The notes below the pieces were generated by a model, which was not told where the DNA came from, made no database searches, and was given only the letters and a program-made list of their open reading frames with translations. This document shows, in pieces, positions 9,024-18,368 of a DNA stretch of 23,056 bases (its first letter is position 1; each line of letters begins with the position of its first letter). The translations under genes were made by a program, and so were the position numbers. The stretch covers positions 1 to 23,056 of the forward strand of contig CDRNVI010000112.1 of assembly GCA_977017575.1 (NCBI GenBank), read 5' to 3'. The DNA is from Paramoeba atlantica. Lineage: Eukaryota; Protista; Discosea.

Positions 9024-9096
9024 TTTAAGATGGAGTAATAGGTTAACTCAGTGGTCTCATGAGCCACAGATGTAGGTTCGAGTCCTACTCTTCTTA
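9024..9096 (+). tRNA. trnM: Initiator-type tRNA-Met(CAU), mismatches at pairs 1, 2 and 3
   Basis: D stem GAGT/ACTC (A11:U24, initiator-type); loop CTCATGA; acceptor TTTAAGA/TCTTCTT. Confidence 0.9.
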
Positions 9097-9120
9097 TATA
9101 ATTACGTAAATATTATTATG

Positions 9121-9142
9121 GATTACATTTGAATATGTAATC
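9121..9142. repeat. 8-bp inverted repeat (hairpin) upstream of atp9
   Basis: GATTACAT-ttgaat-ATGTAATC. Confidence 0.5.
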
Positions 9143-9195
9143 AATTTTGAATTTTTATTAATTAGTAAAATATATGTATAAAAATATTTTCGAAA

Positions 9196-9435
9196 ATGGC
9201 AGGACAAGAAATTATGTTAATTTTTGCAAAAAAAGTAGGTGCTGGTTTAGCTACTATAGGTTTAGCAGGTGCTGGAGTAGGTATAGGAATAGTTTTTGGA
9301 GCTTTTTTAATTGCTTATTCACGTAATACTACAATTAAAAACGATTTATTTGGTTATACTTTATTAGGTTTCGCATTAACAGAAGCAATTGCTCTGTTTG
9401 CCCTAATGATGGCTTTCTTAATCTTATATACTTAA
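9196..9435 (+). CDS. atp9: ATP synthase subunit c (subunit 9), 79 aa
   Basis: [21 protein letters not shown] glycine zipper and [11 protein letters not shown] with the proton-binding Glu. Confidence 0.97.
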   Translation: MAGQEIMLIFAKKVGAGLATIGLAGAGVGIGIVFGAFLIAYSRNTTIKNDLFGYTLLGFALTEAIALFALMMAFLILYT

Positions 9436-9462
9436 TCAACCTATTTTTGTTGTTTTGTATTT

Positions 9463-9536
9463 AATTGGTTAGTTTAATTGGTTAAAATTATGATCTTCTA
9501 AATCATTAGATATAGGTTCGAGTCCTATACCAATTA
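9463..9536 (+). tRNA. trnR: tRNA-Arg(UCU)
   Basis: Anticodon TCT 9497-9499; fully paired acceptor AATTGGT/ACCAATT. Confidence 0.95.
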
Positions 9537-9544
9537 TAATTTTT

Positions 9545-9625
9545 TATAGTGTGGCTGAGCGGTAAAGCGGTAGACTGTAAATCTATTGTATTTATACATC
9601 GTAGGTTCGAATCCTACCACTTCCA
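9545..9625 (+). tRNA. trnY: tRNA-Tyr(GUA) with long variable arm; mismatches at pairs 1, 2 and 3
   Basis: Anticodon GTA 9577-9579; acceptor TATAGTG/CACTTCC; A73. Confidence 0.95.
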
Positions 9626-9682
9626 TTTGATTAAAATATATAATAATGTTGAATAATTTTTAAACAAATCATTTTAAAATTT

Positions 9683-10682
9683 TTTTATAAATTTAAAATA
9701 GTATTAAACGGATATCTTGCCAATAATAAGTTTATAGACGTTTTAAAACGTAATGTGAAAGTAAAATAATAATAATTTTTCAATATTCACGTATCTAAAG
9801 GGAAAACCCAATTAAATTAAATAATTAAAGAATATCTAATGAATTGAATCATCTTAGTAATTAGTTAAAAAAAATAAAAATGATATTATTAGTAGTGGCG
9901 AGCGAAAATAAAATAGCTAAATTAAACAATAATATAAATAAAAAATATAATAATTTGGAATAATTAACAAAATAAGTAATAGTCTTGTTATTTTTTATTA
10001 TTATTATTGGTTTTGAGTAAAATAAAAACTAAATTTGTTTGAAGATTAGAGTACCATCTCTAAAGGCTAAAGAATTATTATTGAGCGATAGTGAAAAAGT
10101 ACTGTGAAGGAAAGATGAAAAGAAATTTTTTAAAAATGTTGAAATAGATTTTGAAATTTAATACTAAATAGCACTTTAAGCATAAATAATTATATGTTAA
10201 AAGGTACCTTTTGCATAATGGGTCAGTGAGTTAATTATTGTAGCAAAATAAAAAATTATTAAATTTTTTAATTGTAATTAATATATTTATAGTTATAATA
10301 ATTAGACCCGAAACCAAGTGATCTAGTCATGGGCAGATTGAAGTTAATTAAATATTAATGGAGGATCGAACCCGTTTATGTTGCAATATATTGGGATGAC
10401 CTATGATTAGGGGTGAAAGGCTAATCAAACTTGGAGATAGCTGGTTTTCTACGAAATCTATTTAAGTAGAGATGAAATTTAAATTTATATAAGGTAGAGC
10501 TACCATATTGGGTTGTTGAATCCATATGAACTTCAAATAAATATAAAGTAAAAATTTTAATTTCGATATATGGCGAAAAGGTTGTATATCAAGAGGGAAA
10601 GAGCCCAGATTATAAATTAAGGTTTCTAAATTAATATTAAGTTAAAAAGTATATTATAATATTAACAATGAATAGGAGGTAG

Positions 10683-10716
<34 letters not shown>

Positions 10717-12465
10717 CAGCTCACTATTGATAGATATTTATATACAAAAATATAACGAAAATAAATATTATACCGAAATTATAAAATATTATTTAAAATA
10801 ATAATATTGGTAGTAGAACGTTTTATAAAAGAAAAAAAAAATTGTTAAATTATAAAATTAAAATTGAATATACTGGCATAAGTAGCAAAAATAATGTTAT
10901 AAACATTATCATCTAAAAATCTAAGGTTTCTAATGTCAAGATAAACTGCATTAGGTTAATCGGTCCCTAAAATGAATATGATAGTAATAATTGAAGGGTA
11001 GTTAAAGAGTTATAAGGATAACATAATATTTTTAACGTTATTAGTAGATGACAGTTTATTTTTTAAATATTTTAGGATCAAATTTTAATAAATATAGTAA
11101 AACATTGTGTGATATATTCGAATATATTGATTGAAATATTTAAAAAATAAATTCAAGAAAGAATACTAATATATAAAACCGTACTAAATCCTACACAGGA
11201 GGATTAGTAGAGAATACTAAGATGAATAATTGAATAATATCGAAGGAACTCGGCAAATTAACTCTGTAACTTCGGGAGAAAGAGTATTTTTATATATACA
11301 TTATATGTATATAAAAATGTAACAGAATAGAGGATGGCGACTGTTTAACAAAAACACAGGACTTTGCAAAATTAATTAATGATGTATAAGGTCTGACACC
11401 TGCCCGGTGCTATAAAGGTAATTGTTATTGTTAATATATTATTTAATGTATTAGCTTTATATAGAATGAATAGTAAACGGCAGCTGTAAATATAACGGTT
11501 CGAAGGTAGCGAAATTCCTTGTCGAGTAAGTTTCGACCTTGCATGAATGGTGTAACGACTATCCTACTGTCTCCGGTATTATATTAGCGAAATTGAATTC
11601 TCTGTGCAGATGCAGCGTATTAATAGCTAGACGGAAAGACCCTATGCACCTTTACTGCAGTTATATTTTGTTATTAAAAATTAAATTTATAGGATACAAA
11701 CTAATCGTTTTAAAATTTTAATATTAGTTAATTGTTTAGATAATCTTGGAATAGTTTGAATTTAATTTTTAAAACTTAATAATTTTTTATTGACAGAATA
11801 TATTTGGTAGTTTCTCTGGGGCGGAGACCTCATAAAATGTAACTGAGGTGTACAAAGGTAATTAAAATTTTATTAGAAAATTTTGGCGTGTAATGGCTAA
11901 AAATTACTTAACTGTGAGATTTACAAATCAAACAGAGATCTTTTTTATTAAAAAGGTCGGTCATAGTGATCCAATATAATTGAATGGAAAATATATTGCT
12001 CAACGGATAAAAGGTACGCTAGGGATAACAGGCTTATGACTCCGGAGAGAAGATATCGACGGGGTTGTTTGGCACCTCGATGTCGATTGGTCACATCCTG
12101 GTTAAGAAAAATGTTCCAAGGGTAAGGCTGTTCGCCTTTTAAAGTGGCACCTGAATTGGGTTCAGAACGTCGTGAGACAGTTCGGTTCCTATCTACTATT
12201 AATTAATTAAAATTGAAGGAATCTTATCTTAGTACGAAAGGACTGGAGAAGGAATATCACTGGTAAATCGGTTGTAATTATAATTGCATAGTCGAGTAGC
12301 TAAATATTAATAATATAATTATTGAATTCAATCAGATATAAGAAGATTATCCTAAAATATTTTAAAAGTATTGATTGTAAAAGATTATTACGAAATTAAG
12401 TTATGTGTGTAAGTCCTGTGAAGGATTGAGCTAAATAATTTTAAGAATCAATCTAATTTATAAAA
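9683..12465 (+). rRNA. rnl: Mitochondrial large-subunit rRNA (23S-like), no intron evident
   Basis: Conserved blocks GACCCGAAACCAAGTGATCT, GGAACTCGGCAAA, GTAGCGAAATTCCTTGTC, GGATAACAGGCT, GGCACCTCGATGTCG, CGTCGTGAGACAGTT, CTTAGTACGAAAGGAC. Ends inferred from pairing of 9683-9693 with 12455-12465. Confidence 0.95.
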
Positions 12466-12550
12466 AGAAAAAAGAAAAAAGAAAAAAAATTTCTATATAA
12501 GAAAAAATAAAATATATAATATTTTGAAAATATTATATGTAATAAAACAA

Positions 12551-12571
12551 CAAACTTTAAATTAAAGTTTG
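12551..12571. repeat. Perfect 10-bp inverted repeat between rnl and trnN
   Basis: CAAACTTTAA-a-TTAAAGTTTG. Confidence 0.5.
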
Positions 12572-12586
12572 TAATTTGTAAAACAA

Positions 12587-12659
12587 TACTTGGTAGTTTC
12601 AATGGTAAAATAATTGGCTGTTAACCAATCAGATGTAGGTTCGAATCCTGCCCAGGTCG
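12587..12659 (+). tRNA. trnN: tRNA-Asn(GUU), mismatch at 1:72
   Basis: Anticodon GTT 12620-12622; G73; acceptor TACTTGG/CCAGGTC. Confidence 0.95.
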
Positions 12660-12673
12660 TTGTATAAAAATAA

Positions 12674-12762
12674 GTTTATGTGGCTGAGTGGTTTAAAGTA
12701 ATCCTCTTGAAAAGGATCGTATAATTTTAATTATACCGTGGGTTCGAATCCCACCATAATCT
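12674..12762 (+). tRNA. trnS: tRNA-Ser(UGA) with long variable arm; mismatch at 2:71
   Basis: Anticodon TGA 12708-12710; acceptor GTTTATG/CATAATC. Confidence 0.93.
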
Positions 12763-12824
12763 TAATATAAAAAAAAAGGAAAAAATTTATGTAAATTATA
12801 TAATATATAATATATTATATATAA

Positions 12825-14358
12825 ATACTTGTATGTTTTATTCTGGCTTTGAGTAAATGCTAGTAGTTCGCTTAACACATGCTAGTCAATTAAAATTTAA
12901 AATTTAAAATTAATGGCGTAAGGGTGAGTAATATATAAAAACGGGACTTATAATTATGTTTATATTATAAACTGGTTTATAAAGATTTAGGTAGTTGGAG
13001 GTGTAATAGACTAACAAGCCGATAATTCTTAGTTGATCTTAGAAGGAGGTACAACCACATTGGGAATGAGAAAAGGCCCAAGTTCCATTAGGAGGCAGCA
13101 GTGAGGAATATTGAACAATGAGCGAAAGCTTGATTCAGCGAAACTACCTGAATTATGACAATTTATTGAAAAATTCTTGTTTAAGTGAGCATAATGAGGT
13201 TAAACTTAAGAATAAGCATCGACTAACTTCGTGCCAGCAGTCGCGGTGATACGGAGGATGCGGGTGTTACTCAGCATTACTGGGCGTAAAGCGTATGATA
13301 AGTGGTTTATTTTTTAATAATATAATTTTAAAGGCGTTATTAGTAATAATGAATAAATTATATATTAGTAAACTAAGAGTATTATTCAGATATATAGTAT
13401 TCATAGAGGAAAGGTGAAATTTTATGATACTATGGAGACTATCAGAAGGTGAAAGCTATATATTAGATTTATACTGACACTAAAGTACGAAGGTATGGGT
13501 ATCAAAGAGGATTAGAGACCCTTGTAGTCCATACAGACAACGATGGATGCTAACTGTAGGAAATATTTTTGTGGTTTAGCTAACGCGTAAGCATCCCGCC
13601 TGGGGAGTATGATCGCAAGATTTGAACTCAAAGAAAGTGGCTGAGATTTGGTACGAACGGTGGAACATGTGGTTTAATCTGATATAACGCATAAAATCTT
13701 ACCAATTCTAGATTGAAAAAAATTATAATAAATATAGTAAACTTTATATAATTTTTTTAAGCAGGTGTCGCATGGCTGTCGTCAGCTCGTGTAGTGATAT
13801 GTATGGTTAGGTCCTGTAACGAGTGTAATCCTTACAATATAATAAAATATATGATATATTATTATATTATTATATGTTATATTATTATATGTTATATTAT
13901 TATATTTTATTATATTGTATTATTAATTATATATTAAATGAAATAGAGGAGGACGTCAAGTAGGTATGGCCCTGATGAATTGGACTACACACGTGTTACA
14001 AAAATAATTACAAAAAAAAAATAAATTGTGAAATTTATTTAAATTATAAAGATTATTATAGTTCGGATTATTTTTTGAAAATAAAAATATGAAGTTGAAA
14101 TCGTCAGTAATCGAAAATTAGAATGTTTCGGTGAAATGGGATCCAAATCTAGTACACACTGCCCGTCACGCCAAGAAAGTTGTTAATATTGGAAAAATTA
14201 TAATTAATAATTTATATTTATTAATTATTTTTAATCTATTGGAGATAATTAATTTTTAATAAAATATTATTAATTATTTAATTTGAATGTATTGATAGTA
14301 ATCAGGGTGAAGTCGTAACATGGTAGTGGTAGGGGAACCTGCCGCTGGATGGAAAATA
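12825..14358 (+). rRNA. rns: Mitochondrial small-subunit rRNA (16S-like)
   Basis: TTAACACATGC, GGAGGCAGCAGTGAGGAATATTG, GTGCCAGCAGTCGCGGT, GATTAGAGACCC, CATGGCTGTCGTCAGCTCGTG, GTACACACTGCCCGTC, GAAGTCGTAACATGGTA. No anti-Shine-Dalgarno at the 3' end. Ends approximate. Confidence 0.96.
13866..13910 (+). repeat. Three tandem copies of a 15-mer inside an SSU rRNA expansion
   Basis: ATTATTATATGTTAT x2, then ATTATTATATTTTAT. Confidence 0.8.
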
Positions 14359-14359
14359 A

Positions 14360-14465
14360 ATTTATATTTTTTTAAAGGTAAGCTTATCGAACCCCTTTAA
14401 AATATTATATATTAAATTATATTCTCGTAAAAATTTTTTATAAGAGTGTATAATTTATATTAATA
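14360..14465 (+). rRNA. Candidate divergent AT-rich mitochondrial 5S rRNA
   Basis: Hairpin ATATT(TTT)TTAAAGG/CCTTTAAAATAT closes a loop ending in CGAAC (5S loop C motif). A second hairpin AAATTATA...GAGTG-TATAATTT follows. About 105 nt, directly after rns. Helix I is not clearly identified. Confidence 0.5.
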
Positions 14466-14479
14466 CAAATCATATTTTA

Positions 14480-14568
14480 GGTGAGTTGACCGAGTGGTTG
14501 AAGGTGTCGATCTGCTAAATCGATATATTATTCATATAATATCATGGGTTCGAATCCCATACTTACCT
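14480..14568 (+). tRNA. trnS: tRNA-Ser(GCU) with long variable arm
   Basis: Anticodon GCT 14514-14516; fully paired acceptor GGTGAGT/ACTTACC. Confidence 0.95.
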
Positions 14569-14601
14569 TATAAAAAAATAATTTGTAATTAAAAAAAGTT
14601 T

Positions 14602-14674
14602 TTGGGGGTAGCTCAGTAGGTAGAGCGAAAGCCTGAAAAGCTTTAGGTCATTGGTTCAAACCCAATTCTCCACA
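14602..14674 (+). tRNA. trnF: tRNA-Phe(GAA), mismatch at 1:72
   Basis: Anticodon GAA 14635-14637; acceptor TTGGGGG/TCTCCAC. Confidence 0.95.
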
Positions 14675-14791
14675 TAAAACTTATATTAAATTTAATTATA
14701 TATGGAATCATTAAAAAGAAAAAGAAAGAAAATTAAAAAAATAGAAAAAGTTTAAAAAAATAGAAAAATTAAGGAAAGAAATAATACAAAT

Positions 14792-15373
14792 ATGTTTGAA
14801 AAAAAAGAAAGTTTAATAAAAAATAGAAAAATTAAATTAATAAAAATTAATAGATTTAAATTACCTTCAGTTACTTGATTATATAAAAAAAGGTTTAATA
14901 TAAAATTAAAAAGCAAGTATATATATGCAGCAAAATTATCTTTTTTTAAAAAAAGATATTTATTTATTAATATACTAAAAAATTTTTTAAAGGGTTCAAA
15001 ATTAGATTGGTTATCTTTGAAATTTTGTACTATTAATTTAATATTAAAATTTAGAAAAAATACTTATTTAAATTTTTCGCATATTAATGGTAATGTAATA
15101 AAAAATTTTTCATGTGGTTTTTATTATAAAAAATCATTAAAAAAAACATATTTTGCTTTAAATTCATTAATTGTAGCTTCAAAAATTGATTTTAAATATT
15201 TATATATGAAAAAATGATTCATATTAAATATAATTTATAAATATTATACTCGTAAAATTTTGAGAAATTTAAAAGAATTATTTGAGACTACACCTTATAA
15301 TTTAAAATTTATTAATTTTATAAAATCAAAAGCTCATAATGGTATAAGAAAGAAAAAGAGAAGAAGAAAATAA
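14792..15373 (+). CDS. rps11: Ribosomal protein S11 with basic N-terminal extension (193 aa; might start at ATG 14702)
   Basis: S11 core FRKNTYLNFSHINGNVIKNFSCG and C-terminal KAHNGIRKKKRRRK*. The frame is open from 14756 to 15373 with UGA=Trp. Confidence 0.8.
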
Positions 15374-15376
15374 TAA

Positions 15377-15700
15377 ATGAAAAAGAAAAAAATTATAAAT
15401 TATTTAGATAATTCTTTTTTAAGTTTATTATCTATAGAATATAAAAAAAAATTAAATAATAATATATCTATTGAATTAAAGTATTTTTATTGATTATATA
15501 AGAATGTATATATACGTAATATTAAAGGATTAATTATAAATTTTAATAAAAAACAATATTTAAATATGGAAAGTTTTTTATTATATTATAGGTATAAAAA
15601 TATACGATTAAATCAATTATATTTTGTTACTTCACCTTTTAATCTATTTTTAAAATATAAAATTAGTAATATTAAAAAATATAAATTATATATATTATAA
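15377..15700 (+). CDS. Unidentified K/Y/N-rich ORF (~107 aa, UGA=Trp), possibly a very divergent ribosomal protein such as S10
   Basis: ATG 3 nt after the rps11 stop and stop 12 nt before nad9, filling the gap in a compact genome. Only weak S10-like features (ISIELKYF..., LYFVTSPF). Confidence 0.55.
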
Positions 15701-15712
15701 ATAAAAAAAAAT

Positions 15713-16303
15713 ATGTTATTAAAAAAAAATAGTAATAATTATGCTGTAAATTATATATTAAATTTACTAATTAAATATATTTCGCATATAAAAATAACAG
15801 ATGAATTTATTAAAATTAAATTAGTATCAAAAGATTATTTAGGTTTTGTTTTAAATATTTTTAATAAGCATACTTTTTTAAGATATAAGGTAATAACTGA
15901 TATTTGCTGTAGTGATTTTATTGATAGAGCTAAACGTTTTGAAATTGATTATAATTTATTAAGTATAGATTATAATTCTAGATTAATTATTTCTGTATCT
16001 TGTGATAAATTAGATGTTATAAGATCTATTACTGATATTTATTTAGGTGCCGATTGGTTAGAACGTGAAGTTTGAGATATGTATGGTATTTTTTTCATGG
16101 GTCATAAAGATTTAAGACGTATATTAACCGATTATGGTTTTGAAGGTTATCCGTTTCGTAAAGATTTTCCTTTAAATGGTTATTTAGAAATAAGGTATGA
16201 TGAAGATAAACAATATTTGATTTATGAGCCTATTGAATTAATGCAAAATATGAGATCATATAGTTTTACTAATCCTTTATTAAATAAAAAATATATACTT
16301 TAA
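15713..16303 (+). CDS. nad9: NADH dehydrogenase subunit 9 (196 aa)
   Basis: [58 protein letters not shown]. The two track ORFs are joined by UGA=Trp at 16073. Confidence 0.96.
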
Positions 16304-16307
16304 AAAC

Positions 16308-17492
16308 GTGAATAAAATATTTAAAAAAATAAAAACTTTTACAATTAATTTTGGACCACAGCATCCAGCAGCTCATGGAGTTTTAAGATTAATATTAGAA
16401 TTAAATGGTGAAATTATAGAAAGAGCTGATCCTCATATAGGATTATTACATAGAGGTACTGAAAAATTAATAGAATATAAGACTTTTATACAAGCTTTAC
16501 CTTATTTTGATAGATTAGATTATGTATCTATGATGGCTCAAGAACATTGTTATTCATTAGCTGTAGAAACTTTAAGTTCTACTAATGTACCTATAAGAGC
16601 AAAGATGATACGTATGATTTTTGGTGAAATAACTAGAATATTAAATCATATTTTAGGGTTAACTACACATGCGTTAGATGTTGGAGCGATGACACCTTTT
16701 TTATGACTTTTTGAAGAACGTGAAAAATTAATGGAATTTTACGAAAGGGTATCAGGTGCTAGAATGCATGCAGCATATATAAGACCAGGAGGTATTAGTC
16801 AAGATATACCTATGTCTTTTTGTGATGATTTATATAAATTTACACAAAATTTTATTAACTCTTTAATGGAAATGGAAGAATTATTAAATAGAAATAGAAT
16901 ATGAAAGCAACGTTTAGTTGATGTAGGTATATTAGATTATAATCAAGCACAAACTTGAGGTTGTAGTGGAGTTATTTTAAGAGGATCTGGTATTCCTTGA
17001 GATATTAGAAAAAGTGAACCTTATGAATTATATAATGAAGTTGATTTTAAATCTTATATAGGAAATAAAGGTGATTGTTTTGATAGATTTTTAATTAGAT
17101 TAAAAGAAATGCATGAGAGTTTAAAAATAATTTTACAACTTTTAAATAATTTAAAAGAAGGTCCTATTTCAAATTACAATAATAAATTAACTATACCTTC
17201 AAGATCATTAATGAAGTTTTCTATGGAATCTTTAATACATCATTTTAAATTATTTACAGAAGGTGTTAATATACCTTTTAATGATGTTTATAGATCTATA
17301 GAAGCTCCTAAAGGGGAATTTGGTGTTTTTTTAGTTTCGGGAGGATTAAATAGACCGGTAAGATGTAAGATAAAAGCACCAGGGTTTAATCATTTACAAT
17401 TATTAGATACATTATCAAAAGGACATATGATAGCCGACGTTGTTACTATTATAGGTACTTTAGATATAGTTTTTGGGGAGGTTGATCGTTAA
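16308..17492 (+). CDS. nad7: NADH dehydrogenase subunit 7 (394 aa), GTG start
   Basis: [66 protein letters not shown]; one frame with UGA=Trp. Confidence 0.97.
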
Positions 17493-17525
17493 TCAAATAT
17501 TAATATAATATTAAATATTATATAT

Positions 17526-17981
17526 ATGCAAAAAAAATTAAATCGATTTTTTAATTTAAGAATTAATTCTAGAGGTGCCGCTTTTGAAAATTTAAATATA
17601 GGACCTAATTTAAGTCCTTATATGAATAGAGAGAAAATCAAAGAATTTTGTAATGAATTTAATAAACAAACTTTTATATATAGATCGGAAGATTTATTAA
17701 TATATGTTAGATTATTTTTATATACTGATAAATCATTTGTTTTTTTAATAAAAGGACCTTCTTTTAGTACTTTATTAAAATTGGTTTGAAATATTATGAG
17801 TTTAACTAATAAAAATATTATGGAAAATTCAATTACATTAAGAAGTCTATATGATATTGTTATATTGCGTAATTATTATTGATTTAAATTATATAATAAT
17901 TTAAATCAAAATTGAATAAAATTGCGATTTAAAAATAGTTTTTTTTCTATATCAAATTTACAAATTAATAAAATTATATAA
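17526..17981 (+). CDS. rpl11: Ribosomal protein L11 (151 aa)
   Basis: IGPNLSPY, IKEFCNEFNKQT, DKSFVFLIKGPS; position ahead of the S12 cluster. Confidence 0.85.
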
Positions 17982-17987
17982 AAAAAT

Positions 17988-18368
17988 ATGAATAATAATA
18001 TTATAGCTTTTTTTTATGTAAATCAATATAAATCGTTTAATAATTTTGAACAAATTTATTTAAACATAATGAATTTATCTAATATTAATTTATTATATAA
18101 AATTTTTGTTAATATTAAATATTTTCTAATTATTAATAAGAAATATTTTAAAGATTATTTTACTAATCTTTTAAATAATGATGAATTATTATTTTTATGA
18201 TATAAAAATAAATTATATAGTAAAGGAACTTTAGAACAAATAAATAATAGTTTGTTATTAAATTTAAATAAAAAGTATTATTTATTTAATGAATTAATGA
18301 AATTCAATTATGAAAAAAAAATTATTAATACGTTAATAATATTTAAATATAAATTATGGCTTCGTTAA
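17988..18368 (+). CDS. 126-aa ORF, probably a divergent ribosomal protein L10
   Basis: Open frame with UGA=Trp at 18198. It lies between rpl11 and rps12, the ancestral position of rpl10. The N-terminal IIAFFYVNQY is compatible with L10, but similarity is weak. Confidence 0.5.

Noticed and set aside
11539-11721. 60-aa ORF inside rnl as an intron-encoded protein
   Set aside because: The sequence is continuous conserved rRNA domain IV-V, there is no LAGLIDADG or GIY-YIG motif, and rnl length leaves no room for an intron.
9683-14358. Bacterial or plastid rRNA operon belonging with the GC-balanced segment
   Set aside because: Very AT-rich, in LSU-before-SSU order, without anti-Shine-Dalgarno, and embedded among cox, nad and atp9 genes that use UGA=Trp; it is mitochondrial.
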